A stretch of DNA of 64,000 nt from Longimicrobiales bacterium (GTDB lineage Bacteria > Gemmatimonadota > Gemmatimonadetes > Longimicrobiales > Gaopeijiaceae): contig CBDCNQ010000004.1 of NCBI GenBank assembly GCA_965219445.1, forward strand, positions 640,001 to 704,000. Reading direction: 5' to 3'. Shown here in pieces: positions 36,601 through 48,947 of this stretch. A program made the position numbers and the translations under genes. Below the pieces are notes generated by a model. That model was not told the origin of the DNA, searched no databases, and saw nothing but the letters and a program-made list of their open reading frames with translations. How positions within the stretch are numbered: position 1 is the first letter of the stretch; the number at the start of each line of letters is the position of its first letter.

Positions 36601-37903
36601 GCTCTTTGACCAAACGAGCCATCCGAGACAACCCGACCGAGAACTGGTTGGCGATGAGTTCGCCCACGGTGCGGACTCGGCGATTTCCGAGGTGGTCGAT
36701 ATCGTCCGTGGAGCCACGCCCCTCGCTCAACTCGATGAGGTAGCGAAGAATCTCGGTAAAGTCCTTCTTCGTGAGGACCGCCTCATGCGCCGGAACGCTC
36801 AAACCCAGTCGCTTGTTGATCTTGTAGCGCCCCACCCGGCCGAGATCGTAACGTTTCGGATTGAAGAAAACGTGCTCGATCGCCGCCCTCGCCGTCTCCA
36901 TGTTCGGCGCGTCACCAGGTCTCAGTAGTGAGTAGATGGCAGAGAGCGCCTCTTCCTCACTGTCGGTGGGGTCCTTCCGTAGGGTGTTCTTGATGATCGG
37001 ACTCTCTCGTCCGGTCTCCTGCCGGCTGGTGTAGATCTTGACCTTCTTTCGGCCAGCCCGTTCCAGGAGCTCGGCCACATCTTCATCGACCTCCGTGGAC
37101 TCCTCGACCAACACCTCGCCCGTAGCACGGTCGACGATCTCCTCCGCCAGGACGTTCCCGAGGATTTCCCGGTGGCCCTGCTTATCGACGGCCAGGGGAT
37201 TGACGGTCTTCGTCGTGAAAAAGAGCTGATAGATCTCCGCATCCGTTCCGGCACCGAAGGCCCTCAGGAGCGCCGTTGCCGGAAACTTCTTCTTCTTGTC
37301 GATGTGGACATAGCAGATGTGGTTGATGTCGACGCTGAATTCGACCCACGACCCCCTGAAAGGAATGATCCGGGCACTGTGAAGCCTCGAGCCGTTCGGG
37401 TGGATGCTTTCCTCGAAGACCACGCCTGGAGAACGATGCAACTGACTTACCACGACGCGCTCGGCACCGTTGATGATGAACGTGCCCAACCCGGTGAGGA
37501 GCGGCAGATCTCCGAGGTAGACTTCTTTCTCGATGATATCTCCCGGACGCTTTTCCCCCTCGCTGCCCTCCTCCGGACGCTCCCAAACAATCAACCGCAG
37601 CGTCGCCTTCAGAGGCGCTGCATAGGTCATATCACGTTCAATGCACTCTTCGACCGAGTACTTCGGCTCACCGAGGGCGGCCGTCACGTACTCCAGAGTA
37701 AAGTTCTCGTTGACGTCTGAGATCGGAAAAATTTCCGCGAAAACGCGATCCAGGCCAAAGTCCCACTGTTCCTTCGGATCGACATCCTGCTCGACGAGCT
37801 TTTCGAAAGACCGGAGCTGGACGTCCAAGAGATTGGGCATCGGCATAACCGACTCGAGCTTGGCAAAGCTCACTACCGGACGGGCATCGTTCCTAATATC
37901 CAA
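33698..37903 (-). CDS. rpoB: RNA polymerase beta subunit
   Basis: [63 protein letters not shown]; probable TTG start at 37903. Confidence 0.99.
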   Translation of the reverse strand: MDIRNDARPVVSFAKLESVMPMPNLLDVQLRSFEKLVEQDVDPKEQWDFGLDRVFAEIFPISDVNENFTLEYVTAALGEPKYSVEECIERDMTYAAPLKATLRLIVWERPEEGSEGEKRPGDIIEKEVYLGDLPLLTGLGTFIINGAERVVVSQLHRSPGVVFEESIHPNGSRLHSARIIPFRGSWVEFSVDINHICYVHIDKKKKFPATALLRAFGAGTDAEIYQLFFTTKTVNPLAVDKQGHREILGNVLAEEIVDRATGEVLVEESTEVDEDVAELLERAGRKKVKIYTSRQETGRESPIIKNTLRKDPTDSEEEALSAIYSLLRPGDAPNMETARAAIEHVFFNPKRYDLGRVGRYKINKRLGLSVPAHEAVLTKKDFTEILRYLIELSEGRGSTDDIDHLGNRRVRTVGELIANQFSVGLSRMARLVKERMSINTDPEKINIDDLVNARTVSAVIQAFFGSSQLSQFMDQTNPLAELTHKRRLSALGPGGLTRERAGFEVRDVHYSHYGRMCPIETPEGPNIGLITSLTTYSRINELGFVETPYRRVVNKKVTNKIDWLSANEEEEVRIAQANAPLDRNGNFVNEFVLCRERGDFPLLGPDDIDYMDVAPDQLVSVAAALIPFLEHDDANRALMGSNMQRQAVPLLFPDAPLVGTGLEFKVARDSGAVITARRGGKIVRVTADEVIVDTGTIGSGQTEQPLAKLAQYDRYRLKKYWRTNQDTAINQRPLVSDDQQINPGDIIADGPSTDNGELALGRNVLVAFMPWYGYNYEDAIVISEKLVKEDVFASIHIQELELHVRDTKRGMEEITREIPNVAEESLVDLDERGIVREGARLTSGDILVGKITPKGETELSPEEKLLTAIFGEKAKDVKDSSLRVPPGMSGTVIDVKIFSRRIDDPLLEKEHGARIGELRQLERDEIQRVTMARDDELRETLHLNTVALALRKGTVEPLVEEGTKLTQDSVAALDFSRLDLSTLKVKSKDANVKIRRVVDEAERRIERVKRKTEESIDKVFQPDELPPGVVQLAKVYIAEKRKISVGDKMAGRHGNKGIIARIAPEEDMPFLPDGTPVEIVLNPLGVPSRMNVGQVLETHLGWAGRVLGFEAKSPVFHGGSEDEVGLLLKLAGLRWAHQSLGIQAEMPSFDAESTTGLIDLAHDLPQREATHARNGNGNGIDPRRVGIGRTVDAYLALKLTKAQAGFFDSLKDYLIEAGKELAERQETALAEAFPAIAHLSRKRRLDEGLDAASLEIMDAAKILPNGKIMLRDGRSGRQFDFPVTVGIIYMLKLSHLVDDKIHARSIGPYSLVTQQPLAGKAQFGGQRFGEMEVWALEAYGAAHTLQEILTVKSDDVTGRSKVYEAIVKGDNLPQPGIPESFNVLVKELQALGLSVTLGREE

Positions 37904-38112
37904 GGGAGTTCCCCTTTGCCGGCCTGTGCCCCGATGGGGAGGCCGAACAAGCATGTGGTCGACGACGACAACGGGAACGGACCACGGTAAAACACGAAGG
38001 CGCCACCAGAAGCCCACACGACGTGAGACTGTGTCGGCGGCGTCGCGGTTTCGCGAGTCCGATCCGAGATCTCTCGGCCAAACCGAGAGTGCGAGTCACA
38101 GGGACTGGCCGG

Positions 38113-38490
38113 CTACTTCAGGGCTACCGTCGCGCCCTGCTCCTCCAGCTTGGCCTTTACCTGCTCGGCTTCCTCCTTGCCAACGGCCTCCTTGACTGCG
38201 CTCGGAGCACCGTCGACCAAGTCCTTGGCCTCCTTGAGACCCAGGCTCGTGACCTCTCGGACCACCTTGATCACCTGGATCTTCTTATCACCAACACCCT
38301 CGAGGATGACGTCGAACTCGTCTTGCTCTTCGGCGGCCTCTCCGCCAGGCACGGCGGCACCACCCGCCACCGCCACCGGCGCCGCAGCCGTCACGTTGAA
38401 CTTGTCTTTGAACGCGTCTACGAACTCAGACAGTTCGAGAACGGTCATGTTCCCAATGGTTTCGAGAAGCTCTTCTTGGTTGGTAGCCAT
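38113..38490 (-). CDS. rplL: 50S ribosomal protein L7/L12
   Basis: [21 protein letters not shown]. Confidence 0.98.
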   Translation of the reverse strand: MATNQEELLETIGNMTVLELSEFVDAFKDKFNVTAAAPVAVAGGAAVPGGEAAEEQDEFDVILEGVGDKKIQVIKVVREVTSLGLKEAKDLVDGAPSAVKEAVGKEEAEQVKAKLEEQGATVALK

Positions 38491-38574
38491 GATGGTGGCT
38501 TCCTCCTGGGTTCACCCAGCATAGGGCCGGGGTTGGACTAAGGATTCCTAGTTCTCATACTCACGGTCAGGCGG

Positions 38575-39105
38575 CTACGCCCCTTCACCTTCCTTTTGCT
38601 CCCTCAATGCATCCAGAAGTCCCGACATTTCCTGCAGCTTGGCCTCGAGGGCACTGGCCAAAGCGGCCACCGGCGCCTCCAGCGCCCCAGCCAACTCCGC
38701 CAGGAGCTGCCCACGGGGCGGAAGCTTGGCAAGCCGCTCGATCTCGACGGCGGAGACGACCTTCTCGTCGAGAATGCCCAACTTGAAGACCGGTTTGTCG
38801 TCGTGTTCCTTCGCAAAATCTCTAACTGCCTTTGCGGGTTCGACAGTCCCCGAGTAACCCAGCACCACACCAGTGGGGCCCAGCAATGCGTCGGAGATGT
38901 CCGGTAGATCCAGGTCAGCGAGGGCAAGCTTGACCAGTCGATTCTTCACCACCAGGTACTCGGCCCCGGAGTCCTTGAGCCGTTGGCGGAGGATAGTCAT
39001 GGACTTTACGTCGAGACCGGAAAAGTCCGTCAGATATAGCACCGGAGCTTCTTGAAGCTTCTCGCGGAAGTCGCCTACGAAGGTCTGCTTTTCTGTGCGG
39101 TTCAT
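38575..39105 (-). CDS. rplJ: 50S ribosomal protein L10
   Basis: DFSGLDV, VVKNRLV, LAKLP. Confidence 0.97.
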   Translation of the reverse strand: MNRTEKQTFVGDFREKLQEAPVLYLTDFSGLDVKSMTILRQRLKDSGAEYLVVKNRLVKLALADLDLPDISDALLGPTGVVLGYSGTVEPAKAVRDFAKEHDDKPVFKLGILDEKVVSAVEIERLAKLPPRGQLLAELAGALEAPVAALASALEAKLQEMSGLLDALREQKEGEGA

Positions 39106-39803
39106 TTAGCGACCCGGCGAAACAGATTCGGATCGATGGCCACCCCCGGTCCCATCGTGCTGGACACGGTGACGCTCTTGACATACGTGCCCTTGGCTGC
39201 CGAGGGCTTGGCCCGGACGATCGAATCCATGATCGCGCCCAGATTCTCGTCGAGCTGCTCCGGAGAAAAAGAGACGCGCCCAAACGGCACATGTACGTTC
39301 CCGGTCTTATCCACCCGGTATTCGATCTTTCCGGCCTTGATTTCGCTTACCGCACGACCGACATCGAACGTCACGGTTCCACCCTTCGGCGTCGGCATCA
39401 AGCCACGAGGCCCCAAGATCCGTCCGAGCGGCCCGACCTTTCCCATGAGGTCGGGAGTGGCCACGCACACGTCGAAGTCCATCCATCCTTCCTGGATCTT
39501 ATCCACGTACTCCGTGCCCACGTAGTCCGCCCCGGCCTCCGAAGCCTCGGTTTCTTTTTCGCCCTGGGCGATGACCAGCACCCGTATGGTTATGCCGGTG
39601 CCGTGAGGCAGCACGACGGTGCCCCTCACGATCTGATCGGCTTTACGGGGATCGACGTTCAGACAGGTGGCCACCTCCACCGTCTCGTCGAACTTAGCGG
39701 AAGCGAGGTCTTTGACCATTTGAACCGCCTCATCCGGCCTGAACTGTACGCCGGGCGGCACCTTGGCCTGGGCCTCACGGAATTTCTTGCCGTGTTTTGG
39801 CAT
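39102..39803 (-). CDS. rplA: 50S ribosomal protein L1
   Basis: [25 protein letters not shown]. Confidence 0.98.
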   Translation of the reverse strand: MPKHGKKFREAQAKVPPGVQFRPDEAVQMVKDLASAKFDETVEVATCLNVDPRKADQIVRGTVVLPHGTGITIRVLVIAQGEKETEASEAGADYVGTEYVDKIQEGWMDFDVCVATPDLMGKVGPLGRILGPRGLMPTPKGGTVTFDVGRAVSEIKAGKIEYRVDKTGNVHVPFGRVSFSPEQLDENLGAIMDSIVRAKPSAAKGTYVKSVTVSSTMGPGVAIDPNLFRRVAK

Positions 39804-39805
39804 AT

Positions 39806-40285
39806 CTACAACTGACTTGTTTCGTCCTGCTGGCTCTGTTCAAGTAGTTCTTCGGGTGTTGGCTCCCCGACCTGGATGCCCATCGACCGCGCGCTGCCAG
39901 ACAGCATGCGGACTGCGGCATCCATGTCGTTAGTGTTGAGATCCTCCATCTTGATCTGGGCGATCTCCTCGAGCTGCGTGCGGGTCACCCATCCAACCTT
40001 TTCGCGATTCGGCTCGCCGGACGCCTTCTGTACACCTGCGGCCTTCTTGATCAGGAACGACGCCGGTGGCGTCTTCGTGATGAACGAAAAGGAGCGATCC
40101 GCGTAGACCGTGATCTCCACCGGAATCGTGACCCCGGTCTGCTGCTGGGTCTTGGAGTTGAACTGCTTACAGAACTCCATGATGTTCACGCCCTGCTGAC
40201 CCAGTGCAGGGCCTACCGGTGGCGCCGGGTTTGCCTGCCCACCCGTAACATGAAGCTTGATAGAACCGATGACCTTCTTCGCCAT
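39806..40285 (-). CDS. rplK: 50S ribosomal protein L11
   Basis: [23 protein letters not shown]. Confidence 0.98.
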   Translation of the reverse strand: MAKKVIGSIKLHVTGGQANPAPPVGPALGQQGVNIMEFCKQFNSKTQQQTGVTIPVEITVYADRSFSFITKTPPASFLIKKAAGVQKASGEPNREKVGWVTRTQLEEIAQIKMEDLNTNDMDAAVRMLSGSARSMGIQVGEPTPEELLEQSQQDETSQL

Positions 40286-40315
40286 TCTCTATCCTGGAAC
40301 CTTGCCTAAAGGATC

Positions 40316-40870
40316 CTAAAATCCTTTCAGCTGCGTGTAATCCAATTCGACCGATGTGGGCCGACCGAAGAGCGACACCTCGACCTTTACCTTGCCCTTC
40401 TCGGGGTATACTTCCTTGATGGTCCCTGAAAAATCGCTGAAAGGACCCTGTATGACCTCCACCACTTGCCCGAGGTGGAACGGAATCTCTTCGTGAGTCT
40501 CGTCGTCGTCTTTCTCAACCTCGATTCCGAGAATCTTGTTGATCTCTTCCTCGTGCAGGGGCTGCGGAGCCTTCCCGCTGCCTACGAACTTAATCACACC
40601 TTGAATATTGTTGACCGTGTGCATGGTCCTTTCGTTCAGGTCCATGTTCACGAGTACGTACCCGGGATAAAGCCGCCGAGTCACGGTAACGCGCTTGCCA
40701 TTTCGAATCTCGACCACGTCTTGGGTCGGGACCACGACGTCGCGGATTTCCTTTTCGTCCCCAGAGCCCCCCTGTTCCTCGATACGCCGCTGAATCAGCT
40801 TCTGGACCTTGTTCTCGTGCCCGGAATAGGTCTGAATCACGTACCATGTGGACTCGGCCATTATTGTCAT
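40316..40870 (-). CDS. nusG: Transcription termination/antitermination factor NusG
   Basis: WYVIQTYSGHE, YPGYVLV, KOW GPFSDFSG, LFGRPT. Confidence 0.98.
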   Translation of the reverse strand: MTIMAESTWYVIQTYSGHENKVQKLIQRRIEEQGGSGDEKEIRDVVVPTQDVVEIRNGKRVTVTRRLYPGYVLVNMDLNERTMHTVNNIQGVIKFVGSGKAPQPLHEEEINKILGIEVEKDDDETHEEIPFHLGQVVEVIQGPFSDFSGTIKEVYPEKGKVKVEVSLFGRPTSVELDYTQLKGF

Positions 40871-40883
40871 CGTACCTGCAGGC

Positions 40884-41096
40884 TCACGCGCCGAAGATTC
40901 CCATGATGAAGCCGATGACCGTCCGAGACGCCACGTCCATGATCCAAATGACCGCCGAAATCAGGATCACGAACGCGATTACGACCAACGTCGCGCTCTT
41001 GAGCTGCGCTTGATCCGGCCACGTCACCTTGGAGAGTTCTTCCCAGCACTCCTCGATGAAGTCGCGCGTTGCCGTGATCTTCGATCCGATCGCCAT
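40884..41096 (-). CDS. secE: Preprotein translocase SecE
   Basis: ELSKVTWP motif, a single TM helix, and position upstream of nusG. Confidence 0.96.
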   Translation of the reverse strand: MAIGSKITATRDFIEECWEELSKVTWPDQAQLKSATLVVIAFVILISAVIWIMDVASRTVIGFIMGIFGA

Positions 41097-41107
41097 CCCC
41101 CGATCCG

Positions 41108-41257
41108 CTACTTGGTCTCTTTGTGCATCGTGTGACGCCTACAGCGACGGCAGTATTTCTTGTACTCGACCCGCTCCGGGTGCAGACGTTTGTTCTTCGT
41201 CTGGTTGTAGTTCCGCTCTTCGCACTCGGAGCAGCCCAGCGTAATCTTGTCGCGCGC

Positions 41258-41260
<3 letters not shown>
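41108..41260 (-). CDS. rpmG: 50S ribosomal protein L33 (Zn-binding form)
   Basis: Hand translation: [50 protein letters not shown]. Confidence 0.97.
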
Positions 41261-42723
<1,463 letters not shown>

Positions 42724-42782
42724 TCATCCCTCACCGTGTTGGAAATCGCCTCCTCGTCGCCGATCCCCCTACTTCTTCTCAG

Positions 42783-42854
42783 AGCTCCGACCGGGACTTG
42801 AACCCGGGACCTCCTCCTTACCAAGGAGGCGCTCTACCACTGAGCTATCGGAGC
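42783..42854 (-). tRNA. tRNA-Thr(GGT)
   Basis: gctccgatagctcagtggtagagcgcctcctTGGTaaggaggaggtcccgggttcaagtcccggtcggagct cloverleaf, anticodon GGT. Confidence 0.96.
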
Positions 42855-42896
42855 GCCGCCTTGAAGGCTGCACCCCTTCAGCAGCCTTCTTACTAG

Positions 42897-42970
42897 AGCG
42901 GGAGACGGGACTCGAACCCGCGACCCTCAGCTTGGAAGGCTGATGCTCTAGCCAACTGAGCTACTCCCGC
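42897..42970 (-). tRNA. tRNA-Gly(TCC)
   Basis: gcgggagtagctcagttggctagagcatcagcctTCCaagctg...ggttcgagtccc. Confidence 0.96.
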
Positions 42971-42989
42971 AAAGCCTTTGTTATTCCAA

Positions 42990-43071
42990 TGGTGGGGGTA
43001 GGATTCGAACCTACGAAGGCTAAGCCAGCAGATTTACAGTCTGCCCCGTTTGACCGCTTCGGTACCCCACC
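42990..43071 (-). tRNA. tRNA-Tyr(GTA)
   Basis: ggtggggtaccgaagcggtcaaacggggcagactGTAaatctgc with a long variable arm. Confidence 0.96.
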
Positions 43072-43127
43072 GGCTATCGATCCGGGGTATCTCAACCCCG
43101 TATCCCACCCTCCCCGGAACAAAGTAA

Positions 43128-43144
43128 GCCGCCCGTTGGGCGGC
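43128..43144 (-). terminator. Possible terminator hairpin after the M3 peptidase gene
   Basis: gccgccc-aac-gggcggc followed by ttactttgtt on the minus strand. Confidence 0.4.
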
Positions 43145-43212
43145 CCTTTCCAAGTAAGCGTAATAAGTTAACCGGTGCCCAAAGCCTCATCAAGTCCTGA
43201 GTTGAAGCGTTT

Positions 43213-45276
43213 TTAGGGCGCGCGGGGGGCCGATGAACTGCCCTCCAGCGACGGACCAAAATTGCGGTCCAGGAGAGGCTGGAGATCCGGATCCCGTCCC
43301 ATGAATTCGCGAAAAAGATCCTCGGGTTCATCGCTGTCGCCCCTCGTGAGAATCGCACGGAGATAGGCCTCTCCTACTTCGCGGTTGAAGATCCCTTCGA
43401 GGCGAAACCGTCCAAAAGCATCAGCATCGAGTACTTCGGACCACAGATACGAGTAGTAGGCAGCCGCATATGCCCCGGAAAATAGATGCGTAAACGACGT
43501 TGCGGAGTGCATGCGGGCGAACCCGGAGGACGGCGCATACTCCTTCAACAGCCCCTCGATGTAGGACATCAGATCATCGGTCACTTCATCGGGATGATCA
43601 CGGTGGAGCCGCAGATCGAGGTGCCCTAGCGAGAGCTGCCGCATTTGCTTCCAACCGCCCAGGAACGTGCGAGCGCTCCGGAGCTTCTCATAGAGGTCTT
43701 TGGGCAACGGCTCACCGGTCTCATGGTGCCCGGAAAAGAGGGATAAGGCCTCTTCTTCCCAGGTCCAATTTTGCATGATCTGTGAGGGAAGTTCGACGAA
43801 ATCCCAGGCGACGTTGATCCCTGCCATCGGAGCGATCGGGACAGTGGAAGTGAGGTGATGAAGGAGATGTCCGAACTCGTGGAAGACGGTCTCCACTTCT
43901 CTGTGCGTCAGGAGGGACGGGACGTCCCCTTTGGGCGGCGACAAGTTTCCCGCGATGATCCCGACGTGTGGCTCGAACCCTCCGTTACGGGGTCCTCGTG
44001 TCCTCAGATCGTTCATCCAGGCGCCTTGCCTCTTGTCGGATCGAGGATGCCAGTCGGCGTAGAAGAACCCTAGCAACGTGCCATCGTGCTCACGAACCAG
44101 ATCATAGTAATGAACGTCCGGATGCCAGACCTCGGCGATCTTCTGCTCCCGCACGACAAGGCCAAATACTTTGTGCACCACCTCGAACATTCCGTCTAAA
44201 ACCCGATCGAGCGGGAAGTATGGGCGAACGGCTTCGTCGTCGATGTCGAACCTCGCCCGGCGGAGACTTTCACCTACGTAGGCTGCGTCCCATGGCTCCA
44301 GCTCAGACAGGCCCAGCGCAGAAGCGTGTTCCCTTAAATCGGCCAGGTCGCGTTCCCAGTACGGACGCGTCCTCTGTGTCATATCCCCCACAAAGCCGAA
44401 AGCCCGCTCACCCGTCTTAGCCATATGATCTTCGAGGCGGTAGTCTACGAAGTCGGAGTAGCCGAGTACCTCAGCCAACTCCCTCCGAAGACGCAGCAGC
44501 CGGGCCATGATCTCGCCGTTGGCGAACTCACCCTCCGCCCCACGTCGGACAAAGGCGGTATAGATTTCCCGGCGAAGCTCACGATCGTGGGCGTGTTTGA
44601 TGATCGCCTCGACGGAGGGGTAGTCGAGGGTGAGGAGCCAGCCTTCCAATCCCTGCTCGGCCCCTTTGCGCCTCGCTTCCTCCCGGTCCGCTTCCGGAAC
44701 GCCCTCGAGACGGCTCCCGTCCTCGATCAGAAGAGAAAAGGCCTTGGTGGCGTCGATCACATTCTCGGAAAACTTGTGCTCGAGGCGAGAGATTTCGAGC
44801 CGGATGGCACTCAGCTTTTCCTTGTCCGCAGTCGAGAGGTCGGCTCCCGCCCGACGGAAATCCCGGAGGATCGTGTCCAGATGCCGTCTCTCGATCGGGG
44901 GCAAGGCATCGGCCTCATCGGTATCGGCAAGCGCCCTGATTCGAGTCCACAGCCCCTCATTCAATGTGACCCAAGTCCAAAATTCCGTGATCTCAGGCAG
45001 GACCTCGTTGAACGCCTTCCGCAGCTCCGGTGTCTCCGCCACCGACAACAGGTGCGTCACCGGGGCGGTGCGCTCCTTCACGCACTCCAGCGCAGCGTCG
45101 AGCCGCCCGATCGTATCGTCATAAGTGGGCACCGACTCGACGGACAAGAGGTCCCCAATCTCCGATCGCCCGTCTTCCAGAATCTGCCGCACCGCAATGA
45201 CGACGTGGGCGGCCTCGATTTCACCGAAGGGGATACGATCGTAATCGCGAAGCAGGGGATTGGGGGTCGAGGGCAT
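43213..45276 (-). CDS. prlC: M3 family oligopeptidase A
   Basis: NPLL N-terminus, KRQGAWM, FHEFGH Zn motif, DFVELPSQ, YYSYLWSEVLDAD. Confidence 0.93.
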   Translation of the reverse strand: MPSTPNPLLRDYDRIPFGEIEAAHVVIAVRQILEDGRSEIGDLLSVESVPTYDDTIGRLDAALECVKERTAPVTHLLSVAETPELRKAFNEVLPEITEFWTWVTLNEGLWTRIRALADTDEADALPPIERRHLDTILRDFRRAGADLSTADKEKLSAIRLEISRLEHKFSENVIDATKAFSLLIEDGSRLEGVPEADREEARRKGAEQGLEGWLLTLDYPSVEAIIKHAHDRELRREIYTAFVRRGAEGEFANGEIMARLLRLRRELAEVLGYSDFVDYRLEDHMAKTGERAFGFVGDMTQRTRPYWERDLADLREHASALGLSELEPWDAAYVGESLRRARFDIDDEAVRPYFPLDRVLDGMFEVVHKVFGLVVREQKIAEVWHPDVHYYDLVREHDGTLLGFFYADWHPRSDKRQGAWMNDLRTRGPRNGGFEPHVGIIAGNLSPPKGDVPSLLTHREVETVFHEFGHLLHHLTSTVPIAPMAGINVAWDFVELPSQIMQNWTWEEEALSLFSGHHETGEPLPKDLYEKLRSARTFLGGWKQMRQLSLGHLDLRLHRDHPDEVTDDLMSYIEGLLKEYAPSSGFARMHSATSFTHLFSGAYAAAYYSYLWSEVLDADAFGRFRLEGIFNREVGEAYLRAILTRGDSDEPEDLFREFMGRDPDLQPLLDRNFGPSLEGSSSAPRAP

Positions 45277-45464
45277 GCGGGGCAGGTGGCATATGAGTAT
45301 GAACCGGACCGCTTCTTATATGCGAGCGGAAAGATAGCGCGTTTCCTCGCCGCTGGCGATTGCCGGACAACGGTCAAAGGGTAGCAGCCGCCCCGCCCAC
45401 GGCTTGCCCCGGGCACCTGCGATCGGCATAGTGGGGGCCATTGCATCCACCCCCGGAGGCAGTC

Positions 45465-46157
45465 TTGACCGAGCCGTACGACCGTCGTGCTTTTCTCCGC
45501 CACCTGGCCGGGGTCGGCCTCGCAACGCCGGCCATCTCCATGGTCGGGTGTAACCTCGAGGAGATCCGGCGTGAAGACGAAGAGGCCCCGGCGTCCGGCC
45601 TAGCCGTCACACGGCCCGTTTTGCTCCCCTGGGCTGAAGATGACGTGCGTATCGCGGCGCCTCTCTCGGCTTCGCCGGTCGCCTATGTCTCCAGGGCATT
45701 GCGGAGGGTCTTCATCGAGTTGGATTCTCGAATCGAGATCCAGGTGATGCTTGCAGCTCACATATCGGTCAGCTCCGGCTTGTGGAGGATTCCCCTTCCG
45801 GGTGATGATCTGGGGATCCCAATCGACGCTGGAGATGAACTCCGGGAGTTCGAGGAGACCCCCGTCGGTGAGTGGAACCCGACCCTGGATCCCACTGAGG
45901 GAGACTTCCGGCTTCGACGCGGGCGGCGCGAAACAGTCGGGGTCGCCTTCGACTGCGTACCCATGGCAGCCAGAGAGGGGTTGTTCAGCGCCGGACCCTG
46001 GGAGATCGCGCAGTGCGTGGAGCCGTGGCCGGGCCTATGCCGAGAGGATTTCATGGAGATCGGTACCGGGTCCCACTATTCACGCAGGGACATCGGAACC
46101 TGCACCGAACCGGTGGGGAGCGTGCGTTATGTGACGTGGGCGTGCCCGGACCGGTAA
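45465..46157 (+). CDS. Hypothetical Tat-exported lipoprotein
   Basis: ggagg RBS before TTG 45465; DRRAFL twin-Arg motif; lipobox-like MVGC; five further Cys near the C-terminus. Confidence 0.65.
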   Translation: MTEPYDRRAFLRHLAGVGLATPAISMVGCNLEEIRREDEEAPASGLAVTRPVLLPWAEDDVRIAAPLSASPVAYVSRALRRVFIELDSRIEIQVMLAAHISVSSGLWRIPLPGDDLGIPIDAGDELREFEETPVGEWNPTLDPTEGDFRLRRGRRETVGVAFDCVPMAAREGLFSAGPWEIAQCVEPWPGLCREDFMEIGTGSHYSRRDIGTCTEPVGSVRYVTWACPDR

Positions 46158-46213
46158 TTCCGTACTATCCTCCGCCGCCGTTCGGTCACTGCCGTACACT
46201 GCAACCGCCCCCT

Positions 46214-47347
46214 CTACAGCCCCTCTACCCGCTGAAAAATGTGGACGTGACGGTCCTCGAGATGTTTCAGCACCGCGTCGAAGCAGTCGGCGTTCCGCCC
46301 CACGACCTCGGGCGGCGCCACGCCCGGCTCGTTCCAGAGCCCCCGGGCGAGCAGGTTCACCATCGCCGTGCAGGTGTAGCCGGTGGTGCGGGCCATCGAC
46401 GAGGTCTCGGTGTCGGGGTTGTAGTAGTCGAGCAGGTTGTAGGTGTGGCGGACGGATCCTCCGTTTTGCTGGCCCTCGACGACAATGCGCATGACCGTCA
46501 GGTCCGGCTCGCCCTCGTCGAATTGCCACGCGCTGAAGAGGAGCGCCTCGGTCACGTCCCGGGGGCGGACGACGCCGGAGGCCGCTTGGACCTCCTGGGT
46601 GGAGAAGAAACCTGCTTCCCGCAGGATTCGCATGCGCACTGCGTGACCAGGATAGCGCATGGTCTTTTCGATCATGTCCGGAGCCTTGCAGGTACGAAGC
46701 AGGGAGCGGAGGCCATCCGTGTTGAAAGCCTCCAGTGAGCCGAGCCCCGGGAAGTCCACCAACTCGACTTCGGAGAGCGCCGGCATCGTGATCTCCACTC
46801 CCTCCCGGCGCAGGCGGGCGGGCCGCACATATTCCTCGATCACATCACCCGGCGAAAAGGGCGCCTTGTACTCCCACGGCCATGTCCGCTCGACCGGAAG
46901 GCCACCGACGAGGCAATGGAAGGAGGACGTCTCGTCCAGGTGCTCCTCCATACGCCCGAGGATGAGGTTACTCAGGCCGGGAGCGATTCCGCAGTCGACG
47001 AGGCAGCACACGCCGGCCTCCCTCGCCAGCCGGTCGAGTCCGAACGCATCCTCGGGGAAGAACGAGATGTCGACGATCGGGATTCCTTCATGTAGCACGC
47101 GCTCAACGGTCCGATACCCCATGAATCCGGGCACCGCACCGACGACGAGGTCGGCGTCGGCAACCGCCTTGGACACGTTGCTGAGCTCCGAGAGGTCCGC
47201 GACCATTCCGTCCGCACCGCACTCCGTCATCCGCTCTACCCGCACGGGATCGAGGTCGACCCCACGTACGGAAAAGCCGTCTTCGGCGGTGAGGTCGCGC
47301 ACGATCGCACTCCCGACGCGGCCTCCGCCTAACACCACTATTTTCAG
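46214..47347 (-). CDS. Saccharopine dehydrogenase-like NAD(P)-dependent oxidoreductase
   Basis: KIVVLGGGRVG Rossmann motif, DCGIAPGLSN, LEAFNTDGLRSL, EKTMRYPGH, SMARTTGY; apparent CTG start. Confidence 0.88.
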   Translation of the reverse strand: MKIVVLGGGRVGSAIVRDLTAEDGFSVRGVDLDPVRVERMTECGADGMVADLSELSNVSKAVADADLVVGAVPGFMGYRTVERVLHEGIPIVDISFFPEDAFGLDRLAREAGVCCLVDCGIAPGLSNLILGRMEEHLDETSSFHCLVGGLPVERTWPWEYKAPFSPGDVIEEYVRPARLRREGVEITMPALSEVELVDFPGLGSLEAFNTDGLRSLLRTCKAPDMIEKTMRYPGHAVRMRILREAGFFSTQEVQAASGVVRPRDVTEALLFSAWQFDEGEPDLTVMRIVVEGQQNGGSVRHTYNLLDYYNPDTETSSMARTTGYTCTAMVNLLARGLWNEPGVAPPEVVGRNADCFDAVLKHLEDRHVHIFQRVEGL

Positions 47348-47377
47348 GATGATTCCTCTATTTTCAGGATGATTCCT
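47338..47377. repeat. Perfect 20-bp tandem duplication covering the RBS and start codon
   Basis: ctattttcaggatgattcct x2. Confidence 0.95.
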
Positions 47378-47634
47378 CCAATCTGATGTCTTCCGAACGT
47401 CTCCATGGCTTCGGAACGTCTCCAAATCAGGCCAGAATGGTCCACCCGTGCAAGGGGGCAGCAGGAGAGAGGAACGCCGCCGCCACAACGGCCTCCTCAA
47501 GGGTTTGGCCGTCTTTCAAGCACCCGAGTGATGAATGCTTTGCATCATTCGAAGGCAGGGGGCTATGCTTTCATGTAGAAAACGTGCACCCCGTGGTGGG
47601 AGCGAAGTCGGAATTCTAGGAGGCACAGCCCGGT

Positions 47635-48780
47635 ATGGCTGAGGAAGAACAGAAAGCACATCTAAGGGGCACGATGCGGGACGAGTACCTCAAGCTCCTC
47701 TTCGCGCAGGCGCCCCTGTCTATCATCCTCAGTCCGATAATCGCCGCGGCCCTTGCCTTGGCGATCCTGGAGGTCGTAGACGGGCGCTTCCTGTTCGCTT
47801 GGGTCGGAGTCATCACGTCGGCAGCCTTCATTCGGATGGGCCTGGTCGTCGCGTTCAGAACACAGCAGAACACTCTCGACCTTAAGACCTGGGAGGATCT
47901 CTTCACCGCCAGCATCGTTATGGTCGGACTGTGCTGGGGCGTAGGCGGATGGCTCCTACTACCGGAGGAACTCGCCTTCCGGGCGGTAGTCTTCTTTTTT
48001 CTGATCGGAATGGCGAGCGCGGCCGTGGCCGTCTATGCGATTCATTGGGTGGGAGCCATCCTCACCATACTGGCGCTCGTGCTTCCGATCACATTGGAGT
48101 TTCTGCTCCAAGACACCGTGCCGGAACGACTGATGGGCCTCGCGGCAGTGCTCTACGTGGTCGCCGCCTATCGTTCGTTGAGGATCACGGACCATTTTGT
48201 CCAGAGCTTCCACTCCTTGTCGTTCGAGCTGCGGAAGGCCAAGGAACAGGCCGAGACGCTTGCCCGCACCGACTTCCTGACTGGTATGAACAACCGCCGC
48301 TCCTTCTATGACCTGTGCGAGACCCAGTTCAGGCTCGCACGAAGGCACGGACAAGATTTGGCCGTCATCCTCTTCGATATCGACCAGTTCAAGACGATCA
48401 ACGATGCCCACGGTCATGCGGTCGGGGACGAAGTGCTCAAGAACCTGTCTCGGATCGTGGCCGAAACATGTAGGGAGTCGGATGTCGCGGGACGCGTAGG
48501 CGGAGAAGAGTTCGCCATTCTCGTGCCACAGACGAAGGCGGAGAACGCTCATGAACTCGCGGAGCGCCTACGTGAACAGATGGAGCGGTCCGTTCTCCAT
48601 CTCGACCGCGAGGAAGTCAAATTCACCGCGAGCTTCGGGGTCGCTCAAATATTTCCAGCTTGCGAGTCCCTCGAGGCCCTCGTTGCGGCCGCGGACGGCG
48701 CCATGTACGAGGCCAAACAGAGAGGAAAGAACTTTGTCTTCTCCGCCGCGACGCCCGCGCCGGAAGACGCCTCTTTCTGA
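47635..48780 (+). CDS. Membrane-bound diguanylate cyclase
   Basis: About 6 TM helices, TDFLTGMNNRR, DIDQFKTIND, RESD I-site, GGEEF active site. Confidence 0.93.
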   Translation: MAEEEQKAHLRGTMRDEYLKLLFAQAPLSIILSPIIAAALALAILEVVDGRFLFAWVGVITSAAFIRMGLVVAFRTQQNTLDLKTWEDLFTASIVMVGLCWGVGGWLLLPEELAFRAVVFFFLIGMASAAVAVYAIHWVGAILTILALVLPITLEFLLQDTVPERLMGLAAVLYVVAAYRSLRITDHFVQSFHSLSFELRKAKEQAETLARTDFLTGMNNRRSFYDLCETQFRLARRHGQDLAVILFDIDQFKTINDAHGHAVGDEVLKNLSRIVAETCRESDVAGRVGGEEFAILVPQTKAENAHELAERLREQMERSVLHLDREEVKFTASFGVAQIFPACESLEALVAAADGAMYEAKQRGKNFVFSAATPAPEDASF

Positions 48781-48947
48781 CCTAGTGAGGGGTGGCGGAC
48801 TGAAGCTTCTTTCGGTTCATGAAGTTCGCCGACGGCATCCGGCCGCTTTGCGCAGGCAAAGTCGCCGACGTATCATCCCTTCCCCTTGTTTGTTCTTGCT
48901 CGGCTTCCTAGGCTAACCCCATAGGATGGGCCAAGGATGGTGATATA

